DNA of 64,000 nucleotides from NCBI RefSeq assembly GCF_053078305.1, contig NZ_CP166879.1; one strand, 5' to 3'. Shown piece by piece: positions 1 to 8,201 of this stretch (position 1 is its first letter; each line of letters starts with the position of its first letter). The notes under the pieces were generated by a model. It saw only the letters and a program-made list of their open reading frames with translations, ran no database searches and was not told where the DNA came from. The position numbers and the translations under genes were made by a program.

Positions 1-258
1 GAAAGCCCCTCCGGAGAGGGGCTGGAGTAGCGCTATGTACCGTTCATTACATGATGCCGGGTGCCTCCCGGTGAGTTCAGCCCGGTGCCACCGAACCCGC
101 GTCATTCTCGCTAACGATCATCAGAGACCATTCCGTACACCAGCCGCCCCTCCGCACAGGGGGATTCATCATGCAGAAATTTTTTAACAAATTCTCAGTC
201 GGGAAGACAACCTTCAACTGACTGAATTGTGAGCAACATAGCATTTAACGGGGAACCT
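1..258. repeat. Structured repeat unit, copy 1 (three conserved hairpins; may be truncated by window edge)
   Basis: Hairpins AGCCCCTC-CGGA-GAGGGGCT (4-23), CCGGG-TGCCT-CCCGG (57-71), CCCCT-CCGCACA-GGGGG (147-163) plus conserved tail; same order and spacing recur at 489-745. Confidence 0.6.
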
Positions 259-488
259 GTTTTCTGCAGTAAAAAGGCCCACCGGAGCGGACGGGCCTGG
301 AAGGATAGCGGTCATGTGATGCCGGTTTCCCGGTAACTCAGCACCGGTATCTGAGTCAACGTTTTCTCTACTGGGTCATTTCCGATACGCCCTGCCTGCT
401 GACAGGCTTTCATCACATCTGAAAATATAGCACCCTGACTGATACTGTAGTACCCAAGGTTCCAGAAACTGTGATGTATCCGGCACAG

Positions 489-745
489 AAAAGCCCCTCC
501 GGAGAGGGGCTGACGCTGCGTATCTGTATCATCATGCGCATGGTGCCGGGTGCCTCCCGGTGAGTTCAGTATCAGCACCTGAACCCGCACAGAAAGGATA
601 AGGGATGTAACCAAACACCTGTCGCTGATATGCCCCTCCGCTCAGGGGGATTCACCATGCCAGTTTCTTTTAACAAACTCCCCGCAAATCAGACAACTGT
701 CAACCGTCTGAATTGTGAGACATTTAAAATTTTCGGGGCAACAGG
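489..745. repeat. Structured repeat unit, copy 2 (diverged)
   Basis: Hairpins at 492-511, 546-560, 633-649 matching copy 1; minus-strand reading of the first hairpin is followed by TTTTCTGTG (terminator-like). Confidence 0.6.
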
Positions 746-789
746 AAGACAATCATCACGACACCGGCAACCAGCGACCGGCACCAGAT

Positions 790-1725
790 TTAACGTATGT
801 GCACACAACCTGAACCGGCATCAAAAAACAAACCGTGCACTGACAGAAAACGGGAAACCTCCGTCCGCTGATCATCACTCATTAAGGACCACACAAAGGC
901 GTTATGCTCATCTTCAAGTTTCCGTCTTCTTGTTTGCCTTACAAGCAACTCAGCCGTCACCTGTACAATGTCAATGACCACCTTCTCTTCAGCAATGTAC
1001 GGCCTGTTCCAGTTCTCTGTGTTAATCTTCTCCGTCACCGGCGCTGACTTTTTGCAAGTTTCCCCATTAAACCCGACGCCATAAACAACAACATCATCGC
1101 TTTGCTTTTCGTTATCAATAATGACGAATAATACAGAAACCGATGTATCAGCGAACCCGCCTGAAATCTGAACCAACTCAACAACGCGGTTGCCAAAATA
1201 CTGACGCATTGCCAGCTCACCACGCCTGTAACCAACCCCGGGAAAGCACAAAAAAAATGAAAATCTTGCCTTCATACTCGCCAGAACATAAAACGCGTCA
1301 TCCAGAACACCGGAGGTCTTTTTATAAGGCATCATCGCTGAAATCTTCTCCCTGATATCCGCGCTCTGTGCTTTGTACTGTAGCGAAAAAGGCGGATTCA
1401 TGATGACACAATCGAACGTGTCCGTGTCACTGACATCATCTATGGCGTTGAAGAAATTTTCATTGACCGTCTTCACTGTGGCATCCGGAAAGTTATCCGG
1501 GATATGCAACAACGGAGAGGCCTGTATATCCACAGCATACAGACTTCCCACCGTGAGAAACTGCTCCAGTTGCCCGGAGCCACACGCACCATCAAAAATA
1601 CTCAGGGGCAGATCACCACAATATTCCCGCACTTTTTCAGCGACAAACCGACGCAAAGGAACGGACGTGATGTACTCTGCGTATTTTCTGGCGACTTCGC
1701 GATTATTGGATTCCTGAAAAACCAT
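790..1725 (-). CDS. Gamma-class N6-adenine DNA methyltransferase-like protein with about 110-aa C-terminal extension of unknown function
   Basis: 311-aa ORF; motif I FDGACGSG followed by motif IV VIMNPPF (order I then IV); no adjacent restriction endonuclease gene. Confidence 0.7.
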   Translation of the reverse strand: MVFQESNNREVARKYAEYITSVPLRRFVAEKVREYCGDLPLSIFDGACGSGQLEQFLTVGSLYAVDIQASPLLHIPDNFPDATVKTVNENFFNAIDDVSDTDTFDCVIMNPPFSLQYKAQSADIREKISAMMPYKKTSGVLDDAFYVLASMKARFSFFLCFPGVGYRRGELAMRQYFGNRVVELVQISGGFADTSVSVLFVIIDNEKQSDDVVVYGVGFNGETCKKSAPVTEKINTENWNRPYIAEEKVVIDIVQVTAELLVRQTRRRKLEDEHNAFVWSLMSDDQRTEVSRFLSVHGLFFDAGSGCVHIR

Positions 1726-1810
1726 TTGTGAAAGGCTCTGTGGTTGATATGCGCCGGGCGTGGCACGGAGACAAAAAAGGCCCGCAAAAGCGAGCCTGGG
1801 AAAATAAGTG

Positions 1811-1887
1811 TGGCGCGTTGTACTGGATTCGAACCAGTGACCGATTGCTTAGAAGGCAATTGCTCTGTCCGACTGAGCTAACAACGC
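1811..1887 (-). tRNA. tRNA-Arg (anticodon UCU), phage-borne
   Basis: 77-nt cloverleaf read on minus strand: acceptor GCGTTGT/ACAACGC, anticodon loop CTTCTAA, T-loop TTCGAAT, encoded CCA. Confidence 0.85.
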
Positions 1888-1900
1888 ATGATGCTGATAA

Positions 1901-1977
1901 TGGACCGCCATCGGGGACTTGAACCCCGCGCAGCCAGCTTCGAAGGCTGGCGCTCTGTCCCGATGAGCTAATGGCGG
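1901..1977 (-). tRNA. tRNA-Arg (anticodon UCG), phage-borne
   Basis: 77-nt cloverleaf: acceptor CCGCCAT/ATGGCGG, anticodon loop CTTCGAA, T-loop TTCAAGT, encoded CCA. Confidence 0.8.
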
Positions 1978-1986
1978 TATGTGATA

Positions 1987-2062
1987 TGGTGGCCCTTGCT
2001 GGATTTGAACCAGCGACCTGGCGATTATGAGTCGCTCGCTCTCACCACTGAGCTAAAGGGCC
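1987..2062 (-). tRNA. tRNA with CAU anticodon (ileZ-like Ile2 or Met), phage-borne
   Basis: 76-nt cloverleaf: acceptor GGCCCTT/AAGGGCC, anticodon loop CTCATAA, T-loop TTCAAAT, encoded CCA; first of a three-tRNA cluster as in Stx-type lambdoid phages. Confidence 0.85.
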
Positions 2063-2102
2063 GGGTGCAGGATAATAACGGTACGTAACTAATCCTGCAA
2101 TA

Positions 2103-3161
2103 TCATCCGTTCTGACTGGCTAAATCCTGAACTTCCCTGACCGTCTGCTCAAAACGTTCAGTCTCCAGCTCAACGCCAGTTGCACGACGCCCCAGCGCCA
2201 TCGCGGCTTTGACTGTCGAACCCGACCCCATGAAAAAATCTGCAACCAGGTCCCCCGGACGACTGCTCGCGCTGATTATCTGCTGCAGCATTTCTGCCGG
2301 TTTTTCGCACGGATGTTTCCCGGGATAGTACTGCACCGGTTTATGCGTCCACACATCCGTGTACGGCACCTGCGCCGTCACACCGAAATACCGCCGCAGA
2401 TGCTTATATTCACTCTGCAGTTCCGCATACTGCCGGTTCAGTGAAGTATATGTCTCCAGCAGCTGGTGGTGGGGCTTTTCCAGTTCACCCCGCTGATGCT
2501 TCTCTTCTGCCACCCGGGCAAACAGCGCCTGTAATTTCAGATAATCACTTTCGTTCGGCAGCTGCCACTGACTGGCACTGAACCAGTGCGACACCATGTT
2601 TTTCTTTCCTGTGGCATCCACTATCTGTTTTGCCGTTATCCCCAGGGCAGCGCGCGCATCACGAAAGTAAGCAATCAGCGGGGCCATCACATGCTGTTTC
2701 AGTGCCCTGCCCTTCGCCTCATACCCGGCATCTTTCGGACGATACGGCCCCTGATAATGTTCCGCGAACAGAATGCGCTCTGTGGCGGGGAAATACGCCC
2801 GCAGGCTTTCCTTGTTGCACCCGTTCCAGCGTCCGGACGGCTTTGCCCAGATGATATGGTTCAGCACACTGAAGCGTTCACGCATCATGATTTCAATGTC
2901 AGACGCCAGGCGATGACCACAGAACAGGTAAAGACTTCCGGCAGGTTTCAGCACCCGCCAGAACTGCGCCAGACACTGGTCCAGCCACTTCAGGTAATCA
3001 TCGTCGCCCTTCCACTGGTTATCCCAGCCCTCGGGCTTCACTTTAAAGTATGGCGGGTCTGTGACTATCAGATCGACAGAGTTTTCCGGTAAGGTCTGGA
3101 TAAATTCCAGGCAATCAGCGTTGATTAACTCACAACTGGATATTTTTACAGTATTAAGCAT
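2103..3161 (-). CDS. DNA methyltransferase, beta-class (N6-adenine or N4-cytosine), phage-encoded
   Basis: 352-aa ORF; N-terminal DPPY motif (DLIVTDPPYF) and C-terminal FxGxG (DFFMGSGST), i.e. order IV then I. Confidence 0.8.
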   Translation of the reverse strand: MLNTVKISSCELINADCLEFIQTLPENSVDLIVTDPPYFKVKPEGWDNQWKGDDDYLKWLDQCLAQFWRVLKPAGSLYLFCGHRLASDIEIMMRERFSVLNHIIWAKPSGRWNGCNKESLRAYFPATERILFAEHYQGPYRPKDAGYEAKGRALKQHVMAPLIAYFRDARAALGITAKQIVDATGKKNMVSHWFSASQWQLPNESDYLKLQALFARVAEEKHQRGELEKPHHQLLETYTSLNRQYAELQSEYKHLRRYFGVTAQVPYTDVWTHKPVQYYPGKHPCEKPAEMLQQIISASSRPGDLVADFFMGSGSTVKAAMALGRRATGVELETERFEQTVREVQDLASQNG

Positions 3162-3311
3162 GGATCATTAAGCCTGTCTCTGATAGGCTCATTCTGCTTT
3201 TGCGCAAAGCAGTGGGCCTGAGGTTTGCTTGTGACCCCAACGCATGAGCAGATGGCTGGTGAGTGCCCCTAACACCCACCAGCCGCCCATTTACCACAAA
3301 TAAAAAAGCCT

Positions 3312-3509
3312 TCAGGACTGAAGGCGTCTGTAACAACCGAACTGATAGTCTGCCAGACCCGCCATAACAAGCTGGGTCAGTATTAACTGACAGCGTTCGC
3401 GTGAAAGGTAAGTATTCTGCGCAATCTCCCCGACTGTCGCCGGTTCGGTGACGCTTAATTCATTAAACACCACTCTGGCGGTTTCGGTCATATCCTGCTG
3501 TTTCAGCAT
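3312..3509 (-). CDS. Hypothetical small protein (65 aa) downstream of tR'-like terminator
   Basis: ATG-initiated sub-ORF of the 3312..3737 track ORF; the longer version would run through the terminator hairpin; weak RBS. Confidence 0.25.
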   Translation of the reverse strand: MLKQQDMTETARVVFNELSVTEPATVGEIAQNTYLSRERCQLILTQLVMAGLADYQFGCYRRLQS

Positions 3510-3632
3510 GTCTTTTTCCCTTTTCCGGTTAACGTGACACACCAATAACTCTTGTCGAAAAAGCCAGCAAGCTGAAAGACCCGTATTCGCAACCACCAGC
3601 GCGTTTACTGTACTGACGCGATTTTCGGACAT

Positions 3633-3659
3633 AAAAAAACCACCTGGCGGTGGTTTTTT
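3633..3659 (-). terminator. tR'-like intrinsic terminator about 65 nt downstream of Q-like gene
   Basis: CCACC-TGGC-GGTGG stem-loop flanked by A-run and T-run (bidirectional in form); position equivalent to lambda tR'. Confidence 0.55.
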
Positions 3660-3685
3660 CTTACTTTGCCATCGCGTACAAAATC

Positions 3686-3725
3686 GGCAAAATATCAGAT
3701 TTATACGAAACATACGCGATTTAAT
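3686..3725 (-). promoter_or_regulatory. Putative late promoter pR'-like
   Basis: Minus-strand TCAATT, 17-nt spacer, TATAAA directly after the Q-like stop and about 40 nt before the terminator (short 6S-like transcript). Confidence 0.3.
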
Positions 3726-4416
3726 TGACTTTTGCAATATCTCGTCGTGAAAAGGTCGCTTTTTGTTGCGCTCTTATTTTCACGGAGCAAATCAAGGATT
3801 CTCTATCGAGGCGCTTAAAAATATCGCACATCTCACGCCAGTAGTTCGCATAATTATGGCTCCAGTTATCAGGCTTAACTCCACACAGTCTGGCAAGCTC
3901 CTGTCTCTGGTAGACCTCACACCCGGTAACCCATCCTCTGACATCCTGTGCCGCCAGCCAGATCAACTTCTTCACACGCTCCAGCGTTTTCACTGCAATT
4001 TTTCTGGTACCAGACTGAGTTTTAAATTCATTCCACACCCACTGCGTTATCGCGATCTGATGCTCCCAGCAAATGTTTCCGCCATAACACCACAACAACC
4101 ACGCCTTCTGATGTTCTTCCAGTTCCAGAAGGGCACGCCGCCACGATGATGTTGCAAACTCAACAGGACTGACCAGCGCAATTGATGAGCCTTTCGCCAG
4201 TGATTGTTTACCCGGGATTGGGGGATTATCCCGCGTGATCATTTTTCCGGTTACCTCATCGCGGTAACGAATTTTTTTGCGTCTGTAACGCCCTGTATCG
4301 AACAGGGCATTTTCCTGCCAGGCTTCCAGTTGACCTTTTGTCGCCCCACTGAGATCCGCAGTGGCAATCATGAGTTGCTCACGAACAAACTGTAAATACT
4401 GGTTATTCATGCACAC
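3721..4416 (-). CDS. Putative late-gene antiterminator Q-like protein
   Basis: 231-aa ORF immediately downstream of rusA and upstream of the pR'/tR'-like unit; synteny with Qin ydfU-rusA-quuQ arrangement. Confidence 0.5.
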   Translation of the reverse strand: MCMNNQYLQFVREQLMIATADLSGATKGQLEAWQENALFDTGRYRRKKIRYRDEVTGKMITRDNPPIPGKQSLAKGSSIALVSPVEFATSSWRRALLELEEHQKAWLLWCYGGNICWEHQIAITQWVWNEFKTQSGTRKIAVKTLERVKKLIWLAAQDVRGWVTGCEVYQRQELARLCGVKPDNWSHNYANYWREMCDIFKRLDRESLICSVKIRAQQKATFSRRDIAKVN

Positions 4417-4766
4417 CCCACCTCTGTAATTTTTATCTCCAGCCGTCCACCAGATACTGGCTTGCCACGTACAATATTGATTTCATCAAACTGCTCGTCA
4501 TCAATAAGCACTCCCGCATGCGTCAGCGCATCCAGCGGTGCTTTCAGAATATTGTCCAGGTCACGACGACGCTTATCCGGTGGCTCTGCAATAATTTTTA
4601 TTGCCAGCCGTCCGGACAGGCTTAATTTCAGCCGCTGCTGGCGAACAATAAGCGCCACTGCACGGCGATAACGCTCCCCGGCTTTTGATACAAAATATGT
4701 GCTGCCACGGCGTCGCCAGTAAGTGTTCACCGTCGGCGGGTAAGGTAAAACCAAATCTATGAGCAT
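4407..4766 (-). CDS. rusA: Holliday junction resolvase RusA
   Basis: 119-aa ORF with the conserved acidic RusA core DKRRRDLDN and the same overall layout as K-12 RusA. Confidence 0.9.
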   Translation of the reverse strand: MLIDLVLPYPPTVNTYWRRRGSTYFVSKAGERYRRAVALIVRQQRLKLSLSGRLAIKIIAEPPDKRRRDLDNILKAPLDALTHAGVLIDDEQFDEINIVRGKPVSGGRLEIKITEVGCA

Positions 4767-4778
4767 CAGTCACCTCTT

Positions 4779-5861
4779 TTACCCGAGCACGCCAGTCGCA
4801 AAGGCGTGATCAAGAAAACGAAAAATTAACTCAATCTGAGAGCCGTACTTTTTCTCAAACTCCAGCGGGTCTGCATGAAGTTCGTTGTGGTGCTCCCGGC
4901 ACAACGGTAGCGTGAAAATATCGTGGGCCTTTGTCCCCATTCCCCCCTGACCATGACCAATCAGGTGATGCGGATCGTCAGCAGGCTTACCACAACACGC
5001 ACACGGCTGTGTCTTTACCCAGCGCGTGTATTTCTCATTAACCCAACGGCGACGTTTAGGCCGCCTCATGAACGATTCAGGAGACTCCGGATCAACGGCG
5101 ATACTGACAACCGTTTTTTTCTGTGGTGGATTTTGTTGCTGGTGGACGTGAAGTGGCAGCGCAATATTTTTTGTGCGCTGCTTCAGTATGCTGATGGCTG
5201 TCTGTTCTCCCGGTACGATGTCACTCTCACGGTATACGGAGCGGATTTTTTCCGCTGGTAATCCCAGCGAACGACGCGCTACTGCCTCAGGTAGTGCATC
5301 CACCACCTGATTGCAGGCCGCCCACCAGGATAATTCGGCCAGCGATAACTCCCTCTCCTGCGTGCCGCTTATTGCGTGACGGATGACGTCAATCATCCAG
5401 GCAACCAGATTCTGCTGAGCAAGTTGATCGAGTGATTCTGATGTCTGGTCGCGCAGCTGGTTGTCACAGTGCCAGCACAACACCATCGCGCCGGTACCGT
5501 AACGGTGAATGACGGTTTCGCTGTGATGATAATCGCCATGTGGCCACTGGCAGGATTTCACGTGACGTAATAACCAGTCAGACAGCGCACCAGCACCGCC
5601 AGCGGCACGAATCACCCGTTCATTGCTGAAAAATGGCAGTAATGATTTATCCTCAGCCAGCGGCTGGCAAACGACAGGAACAACCCCGGACGGCAAACTC
5701 CGCATGCTTTTGGGTTCCGGCTCCACCAGCACCCTGCCGCGATGAAAAACCGGCAGTAATTCGCGACCAGGCTTAATGACCACCAGGCCAAGTTCCGGGA
5801 CCAGAACAGGTCGAAGTAATACCCGCACATTATCTCCAGACACGCTGACGGTAGCAGGCAT
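4779..5861 (-). CDS. YdfU-like DUF968 protein with C-terminal HNH-like zinc motif
   Basis: 360-aa ORF; C-terminus CACCGKPADDPHHLIGHGQGG...CREHHNELH; true start may lie downstream because of overlap with the preceding ORF. Confidence 0.6.
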   Translation of the reverse strand: MPATVSVSGDNVRVLLRPVLVPELGLVVIKPGRELLPVFHRGRVLVEPEPKSMRSLPSGVVPVVCQPLAEDKSLLPFFSNERVIRAAGGAGALSDWLLRHVKSCQWPHGDYHHSETVIHRYGTGAMVLCWHCDNQLRDQTSESLDQLAQQNLVAWMIDVIRHAISGTQERELSLAELSWWAACNQVVDALPEAVARRSLGLPAEKIRSVYRESDIVPGEQTAISILKQRTKNIALPLHVHQQQNPPQKKTVVSIAVDPESPESFMRRPKRRRWVNEKYTRWVKTQPCACCGKPADDPHHLIGHGQGGMGTKAHDIFTLPLCREHHNELHADPLEFEKKYGSQIELIFRFLDHAFATGVLG

Positions 5862-6102
5862 TTGTTCGTGGCAGATGTGCGCGAACAGGAAGATATACAG
5901 AAACGGTCCAGGTCAGACGATCAACGTTCAGACTCCGCTCCACACGGACACCGCGACGCAGATACGCCTCTTGAAGCATATCTGCCTCATCGGTCGTACA
6001 GAACAGATAGTGAAACCAGCCATACTGAGGCGTACGAAAACGCCACCCCCGCTTAATTTCCGGGTCGGCTTCAGAATTGTGGGATTTTATGTGTTGTGTC
6101 AT
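5830..6102 (-). CDS. Hypothetical nin-region protein (90 aa)
   Basis: ORF overlapping the start of the DUF968 gene; same position as rem in Qin; no recognisable motif. Confidence 0.3.
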   Translation of the reverse strand: MTQHIKSHNSEADPEIKRGWRFRTPQYGWFHYLFCTTDEADMLQEAYLRRGVRVERSLNVDRLTWTVSVYLPVRAHLPRTNACYRQRVWR

Positions 6103-6224
6103 CGGATTCTCCGGTGACAGCAGGTGTCAGTTGTTCAGGCTGACGGCGCGAATTGTAAGTCAATACGCCTGGAATGTACAAACAGAAAACCCGTCAGTAA
6201 GACGGGCTTAGCAAGCCGGGACGG

Positions 6225-6569
6225 TTACTTTAATAATTTCAGTGCCTTTACATCAACTTCAACACTGCTCAGGTCTTTATCAATTTCACCCTCAATTCTT
6301 ACTTTGTCTTTCGGAGAAACATTCTGCCCGGCCCATACGCTGTCATCAATATCCGTGACAATTGTCCCGCTATTGTCACGAAACTCATAACGTTCATCAC
6401 CCACTTTTTTAATGATGCTCCCTTCAAGGATAACCCATGCATCATCCTTCAGTTCTTTTGCCTGCGCTACTGTTGAACGCTCTGCTTCAGGCCCCTGGAA
6501 ACCACCCTGCTGTGCAAAAACGCCAAAAGACACACCGGAAATAAGTGCTGCAATCAATACCTTTTTCAT
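6225..6569 (-). CDS. YgiW/YdeI-family periplasmic OB-fold protein, prophage-borne copy
   Basis: 114-aa ORF with signal peptide MKKVLIAALISGVSFGVFAQQGGFQGP and a DDAWV...GxIxK core like E. coli YgiW. Confidence 0.85.
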   Translation of the reverse strand: MKKVLIAALISGVSFGVFAQQGGFQGPEAERSTVAQAKELKDDAWVILEGSIIKKVGDERYEFRDNSGTIVTDIDDSVWAGQNVSPKDKVRIEGEIDKDLSSVEVDVKALKLLK

Positions 6570-6690
6570 TCATAGTCCTCTTTCAGAAATGAACATTCAA
6601 ACAGCATTTTCAGTATGGTAAAGCGCGGGTGCGTTGAGGATGCCTGACACATCAGAGGTGGCGAGGGATTTCTCCCTCGCCTGGTCACTC

Positions 6691-6846
6691 TTACTTCTCA
6701 GATTCGTAGTCTACGAAGACAGCAACCTCCGTCTGGCCGGTTCGGATTCGTACCTCGCAGAGGTCTTTCCTCGTTACCAGTGCCGTCACAACAACGGTAA
6801 TACAGATGACGATCAGGGCGATTAACATCGCCTTTTGCTGCTTCAT
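6691..6846 (-). CDS. hok: Hok-family type I toxin; overlapping mok reading frame extends to 6903
   Basis: Product MKQQKAMLIALIVICITVVVTALVTRKDLCEVRIRTGQTEVAVFVDYESEK is a canonical Hok/Gef peptide; longer overlapping frame upstream is typical of mok. Confidence 0.9.
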   Translation of the reverse strand: MKQQKAMLIALIVICITVVVTALVTRKDLCEVRIRTGQTEVAVFVDYESEK

Positions 6847-7136
6847 AGCCTGCTTCTCCTTGCCTTTCGGCACGTAAGAGGCTAACCTACGTTTGTGAAG
6901 CATAGATTGGGCCTCAGATTAATGTTAAGCGTCCTGCAAGACGCGTAATGTTAACTGGGGCTTTTCTCTGTCTGCCTTACGGCGGCATGCCCGAGGCAGA
7001 CAGCCTCAAGCACCCGCAGCAATTCTACTTAACTCTTCTTTCCCCGCAAACCGTTTTTATCCCCAGCGGCAAATCGAATACACCACCAGCGCCACCGCCA
7101 TTGCAATACCAACATTTGAGAAGGCCTCAGGCCAGC

Positions 7137-7490
7137 TCATTGGCGCACCTCCTTCGGCGGTTCTGGTAGCGGCATCCAGTGTGTGGCTTCACACACGATA
7201 GGCGCACCGAAACACTGCGCATACTGGAAGTCACCCGTATTATCCAGGTTAAAACCTGTAAACTGTTCCCCCGTGCTGGACACAAACAGTTGTACATCAA
7301 CACCAACTGGCGGCATTCGCTCACTACAGCTTATCCAACCATCCGGAGTTACCGGAGAATTGCCAGCCTTGCACATGGCAATCTCCATGATTTCAACCAT
7401 ATCTCCTGGTGGAATTTTACAATGCTGACCAATATGCCTCTGCTGCCTGGCATATTCGAGGATGTGCTCCAGTTTGGTTCGATCAATCAT
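7137..7490 (-). CDS. Lambdoid early protein, DUF551-like
   Basis: 117-aa ORF in the ea-like region with Trp/Cys-rich C-terminus. Confidence 0.45.
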   Translation of the reverse strand: MIDRTKLEHILEYARQQRHIGQHCKIPPGDMVEIMEIAMCKAGNSPVTPDGWISCSERMPPVGVDVQLFVSSTGEQFTGFNLDNTGDFQYAQCFGAPIVCEATHWMPLPEPPKEVRQ

Positions 7491-7855
7491 GATTTATCTC
7501 CATTAAGCATTGCAGCACGGCAATCGTTCCATCCTTCAGCATAATCACTATGCGCAAGAGGCCAACCTCTTATGTATTCACGCGGCGACTTATCAGGCAC
7601 TACCAGCGCTGGCGGGACGGCAAATAGATATCCGCCAAAGTCAGGAAGCTCTCCAATGGCCTGTACGAACTTTTGTTTGCCTACGTCAACTCCTAATGGG
7701 TAATGAGCTATAATCTTTGCCACTGGCTCTGCTTCCAGCGATGCCAGTGCGATAAGCGCCAGCTCACGAATTTCACCGCCGTCTATATCGTCAATGTCAT
7801 CGCGGCCAGAAATGTTAGCCAGCCATTGCAGTCGCTCTTTGGTAATAGTGGTCAT
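7487..7855 (-). CDS. Hypothetical early protein
   Basis: 122-aa ORF, start overlaps upstream stop (operon packing). Confidence 0.4.
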   Translation of the reverse strand: MTTITKERLQWLANISGRDDIDDIDGGEIRELALIALASLEAEPVAKIIAHYPLGVDVGKQKFVQAIGELPDFGGYLFAVPPALVVPDKSPREYIRGWPLAHSDYAEGWNDCRAAMLNGDKS

Positions 7856-7856
7856 C

Positions 7857-8201
7857 TCACTCTCCTTCTATGCGAATACCAGCAACAGTCAGTGCGGCAT
7901 TGACCTCATCAGCGTAGTAGTACGTTAATCCACTTGATGATTTAGCCAGCTTGAATGGTTCTGGTAACTTCACTATGCGGGACTCCTGCTCGTCGATACG
8001 CTGTTTTGCTTCCTCCAGTTCATCCAGCAAATCAGCGATAATATCCACTTCACGATGACGGATTTCACACTTAAACGCAGCCAAAGCTGCATCACAATCC
8101 TGCTCAGCGTTTGGACTGTCTGGTTTCTCCTGATACCACGCCAGCATCGACCGATAGTTTTGTGCTGCCTCACGCAATGCCTGATAGTCAATCTTGCTCA
8201 C
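7857..8201 (-). CDS. Ead/Ea22-like protein (short paralog)
   Basis: 114-aa ORF; N-terminus (IDYQALREAAQNY) paralogous to the adjacent 225-aa protein (INYQTLREIAKLA). Confidence 0.4.
   Translation of the reverse strand: MSKIDYQALREAAQNYRSMLAWYQEKPDSPNAEQDCDAALAAFKCEIRHREVDIIADLLDELEEAKQRIDEQESRIVKLPEPFKLAKSSSGLTYYYADEVNAALTVAGIRIEGE

Noticed and set aside
312-977. Track ORFs 312..614 (-) and 630..977 (+) in the hairpin-repeat region
   Set aside because: They run through the conserved hairpins, the reading frames are not conserved between the two repeat copies, and 630..977 overlaps the 3' end of the methyltransferase gene on the opposite strand; treated as non-coding structure.
1726-2102. 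Possible stx or other toxin genes next to the tRNA trio
   Set aside because: No ORF with an AB5 toxin subunit signal peptide or size is present; the flanking genes are methyltransferases.
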